A stretch of DNA of 64,000 bases from Marispirochaeta sp. (GTDB lineage: Bacteria; Spirochaetota; Spirochaetia; JC444; Marispirochaetaceae), in NCBI GenBank assembly GCA_963676835.2, contig CAXXFF010000004.1:384001-448000 (forward strand), given 5' to 3'. Positions 53,976 to 64,000 of the stretch are shown piece by piece. The translations under genes were made by a program, and so were the position numbers. The notes below the pieces were generated by a model. It had not been told where the DNA came from. It searched no databases and worked only from the letters and a program-made list of their open reading frames with translations. Positions within the stretch are counted from its first letter, which is position 1, and every line of letters starts with the position of its first letter.

Positions 53976-54743
53976 ATGGTACCGGCAATCGAAAAAGCGG
54001 ATCTTATTTTTTCCTTTCTCATGGAACATCCCGAAGGGGCAAGTCTGAAAGAGACAAGCTCCATGCTCAACATCCCAAAATCAACCACTCACCGGCTGCT
54101 GGTTTCACTGACCAACCTGGACTATATTGAGCACGACACCCAGGCCGGCCGCTTTTTCCTGGGGCCAAAACTTATGTCACTTTCCCGGGCCGCTGAACGC
54201 AGACTCAATCTCAACCGGATTGCCACCCCGTATCTGCAGGAGCTCTCCGATACAACCAGAGAGACGGTAAAACTCAGCATTATCCGCCACAACAAGGTAT
54301 ATGTAATAAATACTGTCCTGAGTCCCCGGATCATGAAGATTACCGTGGAATCCGGTACAATCTTTCCACCCCATATCGGAGCAGCTGCAAAGATGCTCCT
54401 CTCATCTCTTTCCCGGGAAGAGATAGAAGAATATCTTTCCGGAGAACTTGAAGCCTATACACGCAATACCATTACCGATAAAGCCTCACTGAGAAAAGAG
54501 CTTGAAACCATTCAGGAGGAAGGGGTTGCGAGGGACAGGCAGGAGGAAACAGTAGGCATAAGCGGAATTGCAGTACCTGTCAGGGACTCATTCGGCGGCA
54601 TTGTTGCCACCGTCAGCATTCCCTATCTAACCGCCCTCAGGCAGGAAGAAGACCTTCTGCCCAGCCTGCTGGAATGTGCCGAAGCCATATCACGGCGTCT
54701 CGGCTACTACGACCATACAAACAATGCGCCGGCGGCGCAGTAA
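53976..54743 (+). CDS. IclR-family transcriptional regulator
   Basis: VPAIEKA, IPKSTTHRLL HTH, T.ETV.L and GISGIAVPV motifs. Confidence 0.92.
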   Translation: MVPAIEKADLIFSFLMEHPEGASLKETSSMLNIPKSTTHRLLVSLTNLDYIEHDTQAGRFFLGPKLMSLSRAAERRLNLNRIATPYLQELSDTTRETVKLSIIRHNKVYVINTVLSPRIMKITVESGTIFPPHIGAAAKMLLSSLSREEIEEYLSGELEAYTRNTITDKASLRKELETIQEEGVARDRQEETVGISGIAVPVRDSFGGIVATVSIPYLTALRQEEDLLPSLLECAEAISRRLGYYDHTNNAPAAQ

Positions 54744-54761
54744 ATAAAAGGAGTACAAAAG

Positions 54762-55418
54762 ATGAATGCAACTTTGAAACAGAAGTATGATTCCATGATC
54801 GAAACACTGCGGAAAATCCGGGTGGTACCGGTCGTCAAAATCGAGGACGCAAAAGACGCAGTGCCCCTCGGAAAAGCCCTGCTGGAAGGCGGCCTTCCCT
54901 GTGCGGAAATTACCTTCCGGACAGCAGCCGCGGAAGAGGCTATCAGCCTGGTTACCAAAGAACTGCCGGAACTGCTTGTTGGCGCCGGAACCGTACTGAC
55001 CCCGGCACAGGCCGATGCGGCAGCAAAAGCTGGAGCAGCCTTCATGGTTTCTCCCGGCTTCAACCCCCGGGTTGTAGACCACTGCCTGGGAATGGATATG
55101 CCCATATTTGCGGGAATCAACAACCCCACCGGCATTGAGATGGCCCTTGAACGGGATATCCCTGCGGTTAAGTTCTTCCCCGCAGAACCCTCCGGCGGAC
55201 TGGGCATGCTCAAAGCCATGGCAGCACCCTACGGCGACATCCTGTTCATGCCCACCGGCGGTGTAAACGCCAAAAACATCAGTACCTACCTTGGTTTCTC
55301 CCGGGTACTTGCCTGCGGAGGAAGCTGGATGGTTCCTTCCGACCTTATCTCTGCCGGAAAGTTTGACGAGATTACAAAACTGACCAAAGAGGCCGTTGCA
55401 GCTGTAGCTGCGATATAA
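54762..55418 (+). CDS. eda: KDPG/KHG aldolase
   Basis: EITFRT, GAGTVL, VSPG, KFFPAE and PTGGV motifs. Confidence 0.95.
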   Translation: MNATLKQKYDSMIETLRKIRVVPVVKIEDAKDAVPLGKALLEGGLPCAEITFRTAAAEEAISLVTKELPELLVGAGTVLTPAQADAAAKAGAAFMVSPGFNPRVVDHCLGMDMPIFAGINNPTGIEMALERDIPAVKFFPAEPSGGLGMLKAMAAPYGDILFMPTGGVNAKNISTYLGFSRVLACGGSWMVPSDLISAGKFDEITKLTKEAVAAVAAI

Positions 55419-55447
55419 GCGCGCTCCTTCTTATAAGAGACTTAAGG

Positions 55448-55477
55448 GCTGCCGGAATTAATCCGGCAGCTTTTTTT
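55448..55477 (+). terminator. Rho-independent terminator after eda
   Basis: GCTGCCGGA-ATTAA-TCCGGCAGC followed by TTTTTTT. Confidence 0.85.
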
Positions 55478-56051
55478 ATTTCCAGCTGTTTCTGAAGGCA
55501 AAGGACGAAACCTCCCCCCGGGGAGTCCGCACCGCCTCTTTTTCCCGAAACTCTTCGGGACAGCTGTCGGGTTCTCCCGGATAGCCCCAGGCTACTGCAG
55601 CAACAGGAAGATAATCCTCCGGAATGCCCAACACTTCTGTTGCCTTTTTCCGGCTGAAGCCCGCCATGGGATGTCCGAAAATGCCCATGGATGTTCCCTG
55701 CAGCAGCATGGACATAAGAAAAAGACCGGTGTCATGCTGGGCAAAAAGATTTTCACTGCCGTTGGCCCTGTATAAACCCCGGGCAGCGGTAATCATCAAA
55801 GCCCCGGCAGATTCCGCCCAGCTCTGATTCTTCGGGCTGAGACAGCCCAGGAGGTTTTCGAACTCCTTTGAGTCCTGCTTCAGGGCGTATACACAGCCCC
55901 AGGGCTGCTCGTTGAAACATGACGGCGCGAAGCGCCCCGCTTCCAGAATACTTTTCATATCAGTTTCTTCGACAGGTTTATCGAGAAAGCTTCTGGGGCT
56001 GTACCGTTTTGTCAGCAGATCAATAATGGGTGAATCTGGTGTTCTGCTCAT
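55476..56051 (-). CDS. Nitroreductase family protein
   Basis: RYSPRSF, APSCFNEQPW, HDTG and HPMAGF motifs. Confidence 0.9.
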   Translation of the reverse strand: MSRTPDSPIIDLLTKRYSPRSFLDKPVEETDMKSILEAGRFAPSCFNEQPWGCVYALKQDSKEFENLLGCLSPKNQSWAESAGALMITAARGLYRANGSENLFAQHDTGLFLMSMLLQGTSMGIFGHPMAGFSRKKATEVLGIPEDYLPVAAVAWGYPGEPDSCPEEFREKEAVRTPRGEVSSFAFRNSWK

Positions 56052-56222
56052 AGCTTTGCTCCTTCTTATATGGAGGAAAAATACTCAGGAAACTGCTGCA
56101 GGGCAAATACGGGCTTCGAAGTGTTAGATTTTTGTGAGCAACATTACACAGGGAAAACCATTGGTATCATTTAGCTCCTCTTGTTGCTATAATTGTATGA
56201 TTCCACACCGCAGGAGACCGGG

Positions 56223-57197
56223 ATGAGCACCGAATACTGGATAGGATTTGACCTGGGCGGAACCAAAATGATAGCAGCCCTTCTGGACAGCAAACTCCAG
56301 GTACTTCAACGTATAAAAAAGCGAACCTCTCCCCAGGATGGCAACAGCGCTGTTCTCAAGAGAATATGCAGTACCATTGAAGAGGTTATGACCCTTGCCG
56401 GAATATCCTCAGAGCAGGTTGGCGGAATCGGCCTTGCAGTACCGGGCCCCATGGACAGGGATGCGGGGATAATTATTGATACACCCAACCTCGGATTTCA
56501 GAACCTTGCCCTGAAGCCCTATGTGGAACAGCACACCGGCTTGCGGGTAATTTTGGAAAATGATGTAAGCGCCGGAACCTATGGAGAATTTGTCCGCGGA
56601 GCAGGACAGGGCTACCGGGATTTAATCGGTGTATTTCTGGGTACCGGCATCGGCGCGGGACTGATTCTCAACGGCCGCCTTTACCGCGGAAAAAGCGGCA
56701 ACGCCGGAGAATTCGGCCACATGATTATACAGACCGACGGCCCCATGTGCGGATGTGGACGTAAAGGCTGCGTCGAAGCCCTGGCAAGCCGGCTCTCAAT
56801 AAGCAAGGACGCAGTCTCTTTGGCCTCATCGGGAAAAGCTCCGGTGCTGCACGAACTGGCGGGAACAGATATATCTCTTTATAAAAGCGGCGTTTTCAAG
56901 CAGGCATGGAAAAAGAAGGATCCGGCGGTCAGGGAACTGATTCAGAGGTCGGCCCACTATCTCGGCATCGGACTGGCCAACGCGGTCAACCTGCTGAATC
57001 CCGAAGCGGTTATCCTCGGGGGTGGCCTGATTGAAAAGATCGGCAAACCCTACCTGACTGCCGCCAGGGATTCGATGCGGACCTATGCTCAGCCCGGGAT
57101 TGCCGAGGATGTGACAGTTCTGCCTACAAAACTGGGAGATGATGCGGTACTCATAGGAGCGGCCGCCCTTGCAGCAGAGGAGCTTACCAAAGAATGA
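56223..57197 (+). CDS. ROK-family sugar kinase (glucokinase-like)
   Basis: GFDLGGTK, END, GTGIG, GEFGH and CGCGRKGCVE motifs. Confidence 0.9.
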   Translation: MSTEYWIGFDLGGTKMIAALLDSKLQVLQRIKKRTSPQDGNSAVLKRICSTIEEVMTLAGISSEQVGGIGLAVPGPMDRDAGIIIDTPNLGFQNLALKPYVEQHTGLRVILENDVSAGTYGEFVRGAGQGYRDLIGVFLGTGIGAGLILNGRLYRGKSGNAGEFGHMIIQTDGPMCGCGRKGCVEALASRLSISKDAVSLASSGKAPVLHELAGTDISLYKSGVFKQAWKKKDPAVRELIQRSAHYLGIGLANAVNLLNPEAVILGGGLIEKIGKPYLTAARDSMRTYAQPGIAEDVTVLPTKLGDDAVLIGAAALAAEELTKE

Positions 57198-58726
57198 GCT
57201 ACCGACTTATTTCCATAATCGATGTGGGATCAACGGCAATACGTATGCTGATTGCCGAAGTGGACGAAAAAAATCAATGGAGAATAGTAGAGTCCGCCGG
57301 GAAATCAATTCCCCTGGGACAGGATGCCTTTACCAGTGGAAGAATCAGCCTGAAAACCCTGCGCCAGTCAGTCCAGATTCTGAAAGGCTTTGTTGAGATT
57401 CTAAAAGGGTGGAAAATTAATCCTGAAGAGGTAAAAGCCATTGCCACTTCAGCTGTCCGGGAAGCTGCCAACAGGGACACCTTCATCGACCGGATCGCCA
57501 TCCAGACAGGCATAATGATTACCCTGGCCGACGGTATCGAAGAAAACCGACTCACTTATATAGCGGTACAGTACGCCCTGGCACCGATCAGCGGCCAGTT
57601 TTCCCGTTCAAATTCACTGATAATCGAAGTCGGCGGGGGCAGTACGGAACTGATGCTGCTCCAGCGCAACCGCATGGTGGCGGCCCACTCCCTTAAGATA
57701 GGCACCGTACGCACCCAGCAGCAGGTCCTCTCCACCCTGGGCTACAAGGACCACATGCATCAGTATATTGCAGAAAGCGTGCAGACCCTGAAGGACAGAC
57801 TGGACACCGAGTTTGAGCTTAAGCGCATCAAATATTTTGTTGCCGTCGGCGGCGACGCCCGGGTTGTGGCAGCGCGAATAGGGCGTAAAGAACACCAGCA
57901 CTTTTCCGTAGTGGACAAGCAGGATTTCCGCAAATTTGTAGCCGAGACGGCGGCAATGAACACAGAAGAGATCATGGAATCACTGCAGATTCCCTACGCC
58001 ACGGCAGAGCTGCTGATTCCGGGACTGCTGATGTACCAGGAATTCCTCGAAGGAACCACCGCCTCCCAGCTGATAATTCCCAGTATAAGCATCAGGGAGG
58101 GAGCACTTCTCAGCTATACCCTCCATGAAGGCCATTCGGTCAGAGAAAAATTCTCAGCCCAGATTCAGGCCTCCGCACTGAGCCTTGCCCGGCGCTACTA
58201 CTTTGACGAAAAACATGCCCGGCAGGTTACCAAACTGGCCCTGCTGCTTTTTGACGGCATGCGGGACGAGTTTCAGCTTAAACCGGAATCACGGCTCCTC
58301 CTGGAAGTGGCGGGTATCCTCCATGATATCGGCACCTATATCAGCGCCGGCGGGCATCACAAGCATGGACAGTATCTTATCGAGCACTCCGAGGTGTTCG
58401 GGCTGACCCGGGAGGATATCCTGATAATCAGCAATATTGTGCGCTACCATCGGAAAAAAGCGCCCAATCCAGGCAATCTGAGTTACCAGCGGCTTCCCCG
58501 CCGGGAGCGCCTGAGAGTATTGAAGCTTGCAGCTATTCTGCGCATAGCAGACGCCCTGGACCGGGGACATACAGGACGCATAAAAACCATAAGCCTGGAA
58601 CGTGATGAAGGCAGGCTGATCATCACCTGCAGCTACAACGGCGACATTGCAGTGGAACGGTCGGGCATTGCGGAAAAGGGTGATCTTTTTCAGGAAGTCT
58701 TTGGACTGAGAGTTATAATCCGCTGA
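57194..58726 (+). CDS. ppx: Ppx/GppA exopolyphosphatase with HD domain
   Basis: IDVGS, ATSAVREA, EVGGGSTE, IREG, LHDIG and ADALD motifs. Confidence 0.9.
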   Translation: MSYRLISIIDVGSTAIRMLIAEVDEKNQWRIVESAGKSIPLGQDAFTSGRISLKTLRQSVQILKGFVEILKGWKINPEEVKAIATSAVREAANRDTFIDRIAIQTGIMITLADGIEENRLTYIAVQYALAPISGQFSRSNSLIIEVGGGSTELMLLQRNRMVAAHSLKIGTVRTQQQVLSTLGYKDHMHQYIAESVQTLKDRLDTEFELKRIKYFVAVGGDARVVAARIGRKEHQHFSVVDKQDFRKFVAETAAMNTEEIMESLQIPYATAELLIPGLLMYQEFLEGTTASQLIIPSISIREGALLSYTLHEGHSVREKFSAQIQASALSLARRYYFDEKHARQVTKLALLLFDGMRDEFQLKPESRLLLEVAGILHDIGTYISAGGHHKHGQYLIEHSEVFGLTREDILIISNIVRYHRKKAPNPGNLSYQRLPRRERLRVLKLAAILRIADALDRGHTGRIKTISLERDEGRLIITCSYNGDIAVERSGIAEKGDLFQEVFGLRVIIR

Positions 58727-58754
58727 GCAACAGCGGTATCGGGAGTCGGAACAG

Positions 58755-60866
58755 ATGAACTTTAAAGGAAAGAAATATTTTTTCAACCGGGATATCAGCT
58801 GGCTGGAATTCAATAACCGCGTCCTGTCGGAGGGCCTTGAACCGTCGGTCCCGCTCATGGAGCGTCTGAAATTCCTGGCCATAACCAGTTCAAACTTCGA
58901 TGAGTTCTTTATGGTCCGGATAGCAACCCTTAAACGGGCGGTTCGTGCCGGAAACCACATAAACTGCCCCTCAGGCCTTACTCCGGAAAAACAGCTGAGC
59001 CTGATAGATAAAAGGATAAGGGAAATAGTTGCCGCACAATACCGCTGCCTGCAGGATGAAATATTCCCGGGAATGCGTGAGCACGGAGTTATCTATCTTC
59101 CGCCGGAAGAGTGGACCCCACGGCAGCTGCGGCAGATTCAGACCCTGTTCCGCAACGAACTCTTCCCGGTGCTCAGCCCTGTCCGCATCAACGATGAAGA
59201 GCCTTTCCCCTATATCGCCGGCCTGCGGCTTCATCTGCTCTTTTCCCTGGTAAAAGAGGGATCCGATGAGGAGAAATATGCCCTGGTCCAGATTCCCGAA
59301 GACCAGTCCCGGGTAATCTATCTCCCGGACAAGGGAGAGGATAAACCCTTCACCCTGCTTGAGGACATTCTGCTCCATCAGGGCGAACACCTTTTTCCGG
59401 GATACTCCATAAGGGAGGCAGCGATTTTCCGTATTACCCGGGATGCAGACATGGGCGTGGACGAACAGCGGGATGAAGACTTTGTGGAAGCCATGGAAGA
59501 GGTGCTGGAAAACCGAAAAACCGGCCGGGTTATCCGCCTGGAACTGAGTACCCACTCACCTGCACTGAAAGAGGCTCTTTTGGCCAGGGTAAACTCCGAG
59601 AGTACGGACATTTACGAAATCGACGGTCCTCTGGATTTAAAGAGCTTCATGGGCCTGGCCCTGAGTCAGGGCGGTCCGGGGCTGCATGACCCCGAATGGC
59701 CATCATACCCCTCGGCAGACCTGCAGGTTGATGAGAACATATGGGAAACCCTGAAAGACCGGGACATACTGCTGCACCACCCCTACGACAGCTTTGATAC
59801 GGTGGTAAAAATGGTACAGCAGGCCAGCATCGACACGGAAGTCCTGGCAATCAAGATGGTTCTCTACAGAACCAGCGGCTCATCCCCCATAGTCAAGGCC
59901 CTCAAAACCGCAGCCGCCGCCGGCAAACACGTTACCGCAGTGGTGGAGCTCAAAGCCAGGTTCGATGAAGCCCGCAATATCCGCTGGGCAGAGGAACTGG
60001 AAAGAGCCGGCGTCATTGTTGTCTATGGTATAGCTCACTTAAAGATACACGCAAAACTGCTGATGATAGTCCGCCGTGAGGTGGACCGTATACGGCGCTA
60101 TATTCACCTTGGTACCGGAAACTATAACGACAGTACTGCAAAGCTCTATACAGATATGGGACTGTTAACCAGTAACGACGACATCGGCGAAGATGCCTCC
60201 ATGGTATTTAATGCCATTACGGGATACTCCAACATTCCGGAGCTGAAAAAGATTGTAATGGCCCCGACAACCCTGAAAAACCGCATAATTCAGCTTATAG
60301 AACGGGAGGCTTCACGCTCAAGCAGCGAAAACCCCGGACTGATCCGGGCAAAAATGAACTCCCTGGCCGATCCGGATGTGATTAAAGCCCTTTACACGGC
60401 ATCAATGGCTGGTGTGAAAATAGAGCTGAATATCCGCGGCGTCTGCATGCTGGTTCCCGAAACCGCTCCGTTCAGCAGCAACATCTCGGTAATCTCCGTA
60501 ATTGACCGCTACCTTGAACACACCCGGCTTTTCCATTTTCAGAATGGCGGAAACGATGAATATTTTCTGGCCAGCGCCGACTGGATGCCCAGAAACCTGG
60601 AACGGCGGGTTGAACTCATGTTTCCGGTTACATCAAAAGTCCATAAGCAGCGCCTGGATGAGGCCCTGAACATTTACTTCAGTTCCAACAGCAAGTCCCA
60701 CCTGCTGAGACCAAACGGAAGCTATGAGAGGATACAAGCGGGGAAAAAGAGACCCTTAAGGGCTCAGGAGTTGTTTCACCAGTCTGCCCGGCATGCTGCA
60801 GAAGCTCAGATAGTCTCACCGAAAAGAGAATTTACCGTACGGCGAAAGCCCCCTGCAATTGATTGA
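58755..60866 (+). CDS. ppk1: Polyphosphate kinase 1
   Basis: NRDISWLEFN.RVL, LHHPYDSF, KIHAK, GTGNYN and SADWMPRNL motifs. Confidence 0.97.
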   Translation: MNFKGKKYFFNRDISWLEFNNRVLSEGLEPSVPLMERLKFLAITSSNFDEFFMVRIATLKRAVRAGNHINCPSGLTPEKQLSLIDKRIREIVAAQYRCLQDEIFPGMREHGVIYLPPEEWTPRQLRQIQTLFRNELFPVLSPVRINDEEPFPYIAGLRLHLLFSLVKEGSDEEKYALVQIPEDQSRVIYLPDKGEDKPFTLLEDILLHQGEHLFPGYSIREAAIFRITRDADMGVDEQRDEDFVEAMEEVLENRKTGRVIRLELSTHSPALKEALLARVNSESTDIYEIDGPLDLKSFMGLALSQGGPGLHDPEWPSYPSADLQVDENIWETLKDRDILLHHPYDSFDTVVKMVQQASIDTEVLAIKMVLYRTSGSSPIVKALKTAAAAGKHVTAVVELKARFDEARNIRWAEELERAGVIVVYGIAHLKIHAKLLMIVRREVDRIRRYIHLGTGNYNDSTAKLYTDMGLLTSNDDIGEDASMVFNAITGYSNIPELKKIVMAPTTLKNRIIQLIEREASRSSSENPGLIRAKMNSLADPDVIKALYTASMAGVKIELNIRGVCMLVPETAPFSSNISVISVIDRYLEHTRLFHFQNGGNDEYFLASADWMPRNLERRVELMFPVTSKVHKQRLDEALNIYFSSNSKSHLLRPNGSYERIQAGKKRPLRAQELFHQSARHAAEAQIVSPKREFTVRRKPPAID

Positions 60867-60918
60867 ATTTTTATTGGATTTATTACTCCGGCTAGCATAC
60901 AATAATTAGTGGAGTAAC

Positions 60919-61812
60919 TTACGAGGACTTTTCAGCTTCTTCCATCGGGGACCGTCCGGATTCGTCGGGCGGTCTTTTTTTGCCCTGATCACCCATCCCG
61001 GACAGATCATCTTTCTCATTCAAAGCGTAATAGCGAACGAGCAGGGTCGCTATCACCACAATATCCGCCAGAATCCTCAGAATAATGCTGTAGCTTACTG
61101 CTCCTGCCATGGCGCCGTAGACAATAAACCTGCGCCCGGCGGAACGGATAATAAAACCGCTGAGAAGATTAACCAGCTGCCAGATACCGGAAGCTGAAAA
61201 AGAGATAAGCAGAAGGGGAATAAGCTTGAATCTCTTTCCTGCATAGACAATCTGACAGAAGGCAAAGAAGAAGCTGGTAAGAACCAGAGAGAGCAGCATA
61301 ATACCGAAAGGAAGAAAGCGGCTGCTGAAATGGCCGAAGGTGTTGATAATTCTCACCCCCATGGAGAGAACCGCCGAGGCATAGACAAACAGCAGGCTCC
61401 CAACAACCATGGCGGCAGATATTCCCCTGGCCTTCCACCAGCTCCTGCCGACCCCGCCGAGCATGGTACGAATAATCCTCTCCAGGGATTCAAAGAGGAA
61501 GAAGATTGTCACGAAGAATGTAACCGAAGTTAACGTTCCAAGGGCCCCCTTGGACTGACTGAGATATTTTATCTGATCGAGGATAATTTCCGAAAGGGAC
61601 TGGGGGAGCAGTGTGAGGACCTCCTCCTGGAGCAGCTGCAGAAGCTGCAGCCCCGGAGCAAGATCAACCAGTAAAGCCGCGGTCCAGAATACGAGAAAAA
61701 TCAGGGGCAGCAGGCCGAGCAGAAAATTATATGCAAGCCCCTTCGCCAGAAGAGGGCCATTTTCCGCATAATACCGCTGCACTGTCACCTGAATAACTCT
61801 AGGGCATCTCAT
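60919..61812 (-). CDS. YihY/BrkB-family membrane protein
   Basis: LAYNFLLGLLP and VYGAMAG motifs; about 6 TM helices. Start inferred. Confidence 0.7.
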   Translation of the reverse strand: MRCPRVIQVTVQRYYAENGPLLAKGLAYNFLLGLLPLIFLVFWTAALLVDLAPGLQLLQLLQEEVLTLLPQSLSEIILDQIKYLSQSKGALGTLTSVTFFVTIFFLFESLERIIRTMLGGVGRSWWKARGISAAMVVGSLLFVYASAVLSMGVRIINTFGHFSSRFLPFGIMLLSLVLTSFFFAFCQIVYAGKRFKLIPLLLISFSASGIWQLVNLLSGFIIRSAGRRFIVYGAMAGAVSYSIILRILADIVVIATLLVRYYALNEKDDLSGMGDQGKKRPPDESGRSPMEEAEKSS

Positions 61813-61856
61813 CGATTGAATAGTACCGAAAAGAAAAAAGACTGGAAACCCCGGCC

Positions 61857-61885
61857 TTGACGGTTGAAAACCGGCGGTGTAATCT
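61857..61885 (+). promoter_or_regulatory. sigma70 promoter of the riboswitch-btu transcript
   Basis: TTGACG-N17-TAATCT directly before the aptamer. Confidence 0.6.
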
Positions 61886-61894
61886 TTCCGGGCA

Positions 61895-62047
61895 GACAGG
61901 ATCGGCAGAAAACCTGCCGGAACAGGGAAACGGGTGCAAGCCCCGTGCGGTCCCGCCACTGTAAGAGAGTAAACCTGCACACTGCCGCTGTCTTTAAGGA
62001 CAGAACGTATGCAGAAAAAAACTCCCGAGCCAGGATACCTGACCTGA
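61895..62047 (+). ncRNA. Cobalamin riboswitch
   Basis: AGGGAA-CGGGTG-CAAG-CCCCG...CCCGCCACTGTAA and B12-box GAGCCAGGATACCTG, upstream of B12 ABC transporter genes. Confidence 0.9.
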
Positions 62048-62149
62048 TTGCGTACCAGAAAGATTCACGGAGTATGGATCGGGTACGGACTCCTGAGCGT
62101 CCTGTATCCACTCATCCGGGACTGAACAGAACGTATAATAGGAGATCCC

Positions 62150-63085
62150 CTGAAAACGCACCGCCCCCTGATCGGTACAATACTGCTGTTTCTTTCAACC
62201 CTGACTATAAACACCCTGCCGCTGTCTGCAGGGGGGGTACCCGAAACAGAAAAGAGTCAGACTTCAATCACCGCAACCCGCAGCATGACCGACAGTTATG
62301 GACGAAGGGTCGATTTTCCCGAAGATCCCCGCAGGCTTATTTCCCTGGGACCGAATATGACGGAAATTATCTTTGCCCTGGGACGGGGGAGCGACCTTCA
62401 GGGACGGACAGACTGGTGCAATTACCCGGCGGAAACAGCCAATATTCCATCTGTGGGCTCGCTTTTGGAGCCGAACATAGAAACCCTGGCAGCCATGGAG
62501 CCCGACCTTGTCCTGGCGTCCACCCATTTTCAGAAAGCCAGTCTTGAGCTTATGGAAAAACTGAATATTCCGGTTCTTGTTCTCTACGGAGAATCAAGCT
62601 TCAATGGTGTCTACAGCACCATCAGTCTGGCTGCAGAAGCCCTGGGAGTTGAACAGGCAGGAAAAAACCTTATAGCGGAAATGCAGGAACGGGTAAGAAC
62701 CGTTACCGCCAGGGTAAAGGACAAACCGGAACCTTCCGTCTACTACGCTATTTCCTATGGAGACACCGGGGACTATACCGCCGGAGGCGACACATTCATC
62801 AACCAGCTTATCGGCCTTGCAGGGGGACGCAACAGTGCTGCCGACCTCAAAGGATGGGCATACAGTATCGAAATGGTTATGCAGAATGATCCGGATATTA
62901 TCATCTGCCCGGATACCCCCGGGTTCGCAGAAGGCCTTAAGGAAGCACCGGGGTACAAATACCTGCGCGCCGTAAAAGAGGGCCGGGTTTTCACCATCGA
63001 CCCCGACCTCATAGACCGTCAGGGCCCCAGACTTGCTGAAGGACTGGAAGCCCTTGCCCGGATCCTGCACCCGGAGTCCTTCTGA
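62150..63085 (+). CDS. btuF: Cobalamin ABC transporter substrate-binding protein
   Basis: RLISLGPNMTEIIFALG, PNIE...PDLV and RQGPRL motifs. An in-frame signal peptide upstream of ATG 62285 implies a CTG start at 62150. Confidence 0.88.
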   Translation: MKTHRPLIGTILLFLSTLTINTLPLSAGGVPETEKSQTSITATRSMTDSYGRRVDFPEDPRRLISLGPNMTEIIFALGRGSDLQGRTDWCNYPAETANIPSVGSLLEPNIETLAAMEPDLVLASTHFQKASLELMEKLNIPVLVLYGESSFNGVYSTISLAAEALGVEQAGKNLIAEMQERVRTVTARVKDKPEPSVYYAISYGDTGDYTAGGDTFINQLIGLAGGRNSAADLKGWAYSIEMVMQNDPDIIICPDTPGFAEGLKEAPGYKYLRAVKEGRVFTIDPDLIDRQGPRLAEGLEALARILHPESF

Positions 63086-64000
63086 TGACCCCTTCAGGAA
63101 AACAATCCGGCAGCAAGCGCTCAACCCGGTTTCTCCTGGCCCTGACCACAAGCCTCCTAACCATTGCAGCCGTATTCTTTTCCGCCTCCATGGGTTCTGC
63201 AGATATCTCCTTTCGTGATGCGGCAGGCATTATCCTGGACTTTTTTTTCCCATTCCTGCACTGGCACTACCCGGATCTTGCCAGGAAAATAGTGCTTGAA
63301 CTGCGCCTGCCGAGAATCATGCTTTCCCTGATTGTCGGAATGAGTCTTGCCTGCAGCGGAACGGTTTTCCAGGGGATATTCCGCAACCCCATGGCAGACC
63401 CGTACATACTGGGTATCTCATCAGGGGCTGCTTTCGGCGTAACCCTGGTAACCGTAAGCACTGTTCCTCTTTCACTTCTCTCGGTTATTCCTTTTCTGGG
63501 GGGAATGCTCCTTCCTGCAGCGGCATTTGCCGGAGCAATAGCGGCAGCTCTGCTGGTTCTGCTCATATCGGGAGGAATGAAACAGACAAGCCTGATCCCG
63601 CTGCTGCTCTCCGGGGTAGCCGTCAGTTTTCTGCTCTCTGCAGCCATTTCGCTGCTGATGTACCTTCACCGCGATGAGGCACAGCGGATTCTCTTCTGGA
63701 CCTTCGGCAGCTTTGCCTCACCATCATGGAATAAAGTACTCATATCCGGCTGGATACTCCTTACCGGACAGGCGCTGATCTATATATTTCACCGCGACCT
63801 GGACCTGCTGACCCTGGGCGAAGAGTCAGCCCGGTCTCTTGGAGTCCGGGTACGCAGAACCAGGATGCTGCTTTTAGGAACCGCCACGGTTATGACCGCC
63901 TCGGCTGTTATGGTAAGCGGAATCATCGGCTTTATCGGGCTTATAGTTCCCCATGCGGTGAGACTGCTTACCGGGCCCCGTCATAAACTGCTTATTCCCT
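63085..64000 (+). CDS. btuC: FecCD/BtuC ABC permease (runs off window end)
   Basis: TGATG coupling to btuF; LRLPR, FQGIFRNPMADPYILGISSGAAFG, LGEESARSLG and GIIGFIGLIVPH motifs. Confidence 0.9.
   Translation, partial: MTPSGKQSGSKRSTRFLLALTTSLLTIAAVFFSASMGSADISFRDAAGIILDFFFPFLHWHYPDLARKIVLELRLPRIMLSLIVGMSLACSGTVFQGIFRNPMADPYILGISSGAAFGVTLVTVSTVPLSLLSVIPFLGGMLLPAAAFAGAIAAALLVLLISGGMKQTSLIPLLLSGVAVSFLLSAAISLLMYLHRDEAQRILFWTFGSFASPSWNKVLISGWILLTGQALIYIFHRDLDLLTLGEESARSLGVRVRRTRMLLLGTATVMTASAVMVSGIIGFIGLIVPHAVRLLTGPRHKLLIP

Noticed and set aside
61864..62547. 227-aa ORF over the btu leader
   Set aside because: It overlaps the cobalamin riboswitch and btuF out of frame and has no protein-like features.

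Overview
A 64-kb chromosomal window from an anaerobic or halotolerant bacterium, probably a free-living spirochaete (inferred from signal-peptide style and gene content, not proven). Housekeeping and adaptive genes: arsC-aquaporin, trpB2, proS, signalling proteins, ablAB osmolyte synthesis, sigma54-driven amtB-glnK, eda, ROK-ppx-ppk1 and a cobalamin-riboswitch-controlled btuFC. An AT-rich type I restriction-modification island (hsdR-DUF1016-hsdS-deleted DUF1016-hsdM) is bounded by a perfect 22-bp direct repeat. The two strongest candidates for an undescribed system: (1) an F1Fo ATP synthase operon whose alpha subunit carries a C-terminal PTS EIIA-type domain with the phosphoacceptor His intact, whose epsilon lacks its inhibitory C-terminal helices, and which is followed by a tandem cNMP-STAS protein; (2) a tightly coupled four-gene envelope operon (TPR/beta-barrel protein, catalytically intact transglutaminase-7TM, ATP-grasp ligase, 1002-aa TPR protein) that resembles a peptide-polymer synthesis and export machine. 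Also seen: a probable CTG start codon for btuF and many apparently leaderless genes. All family assignments come from motif recognition by eye; no searches were run.
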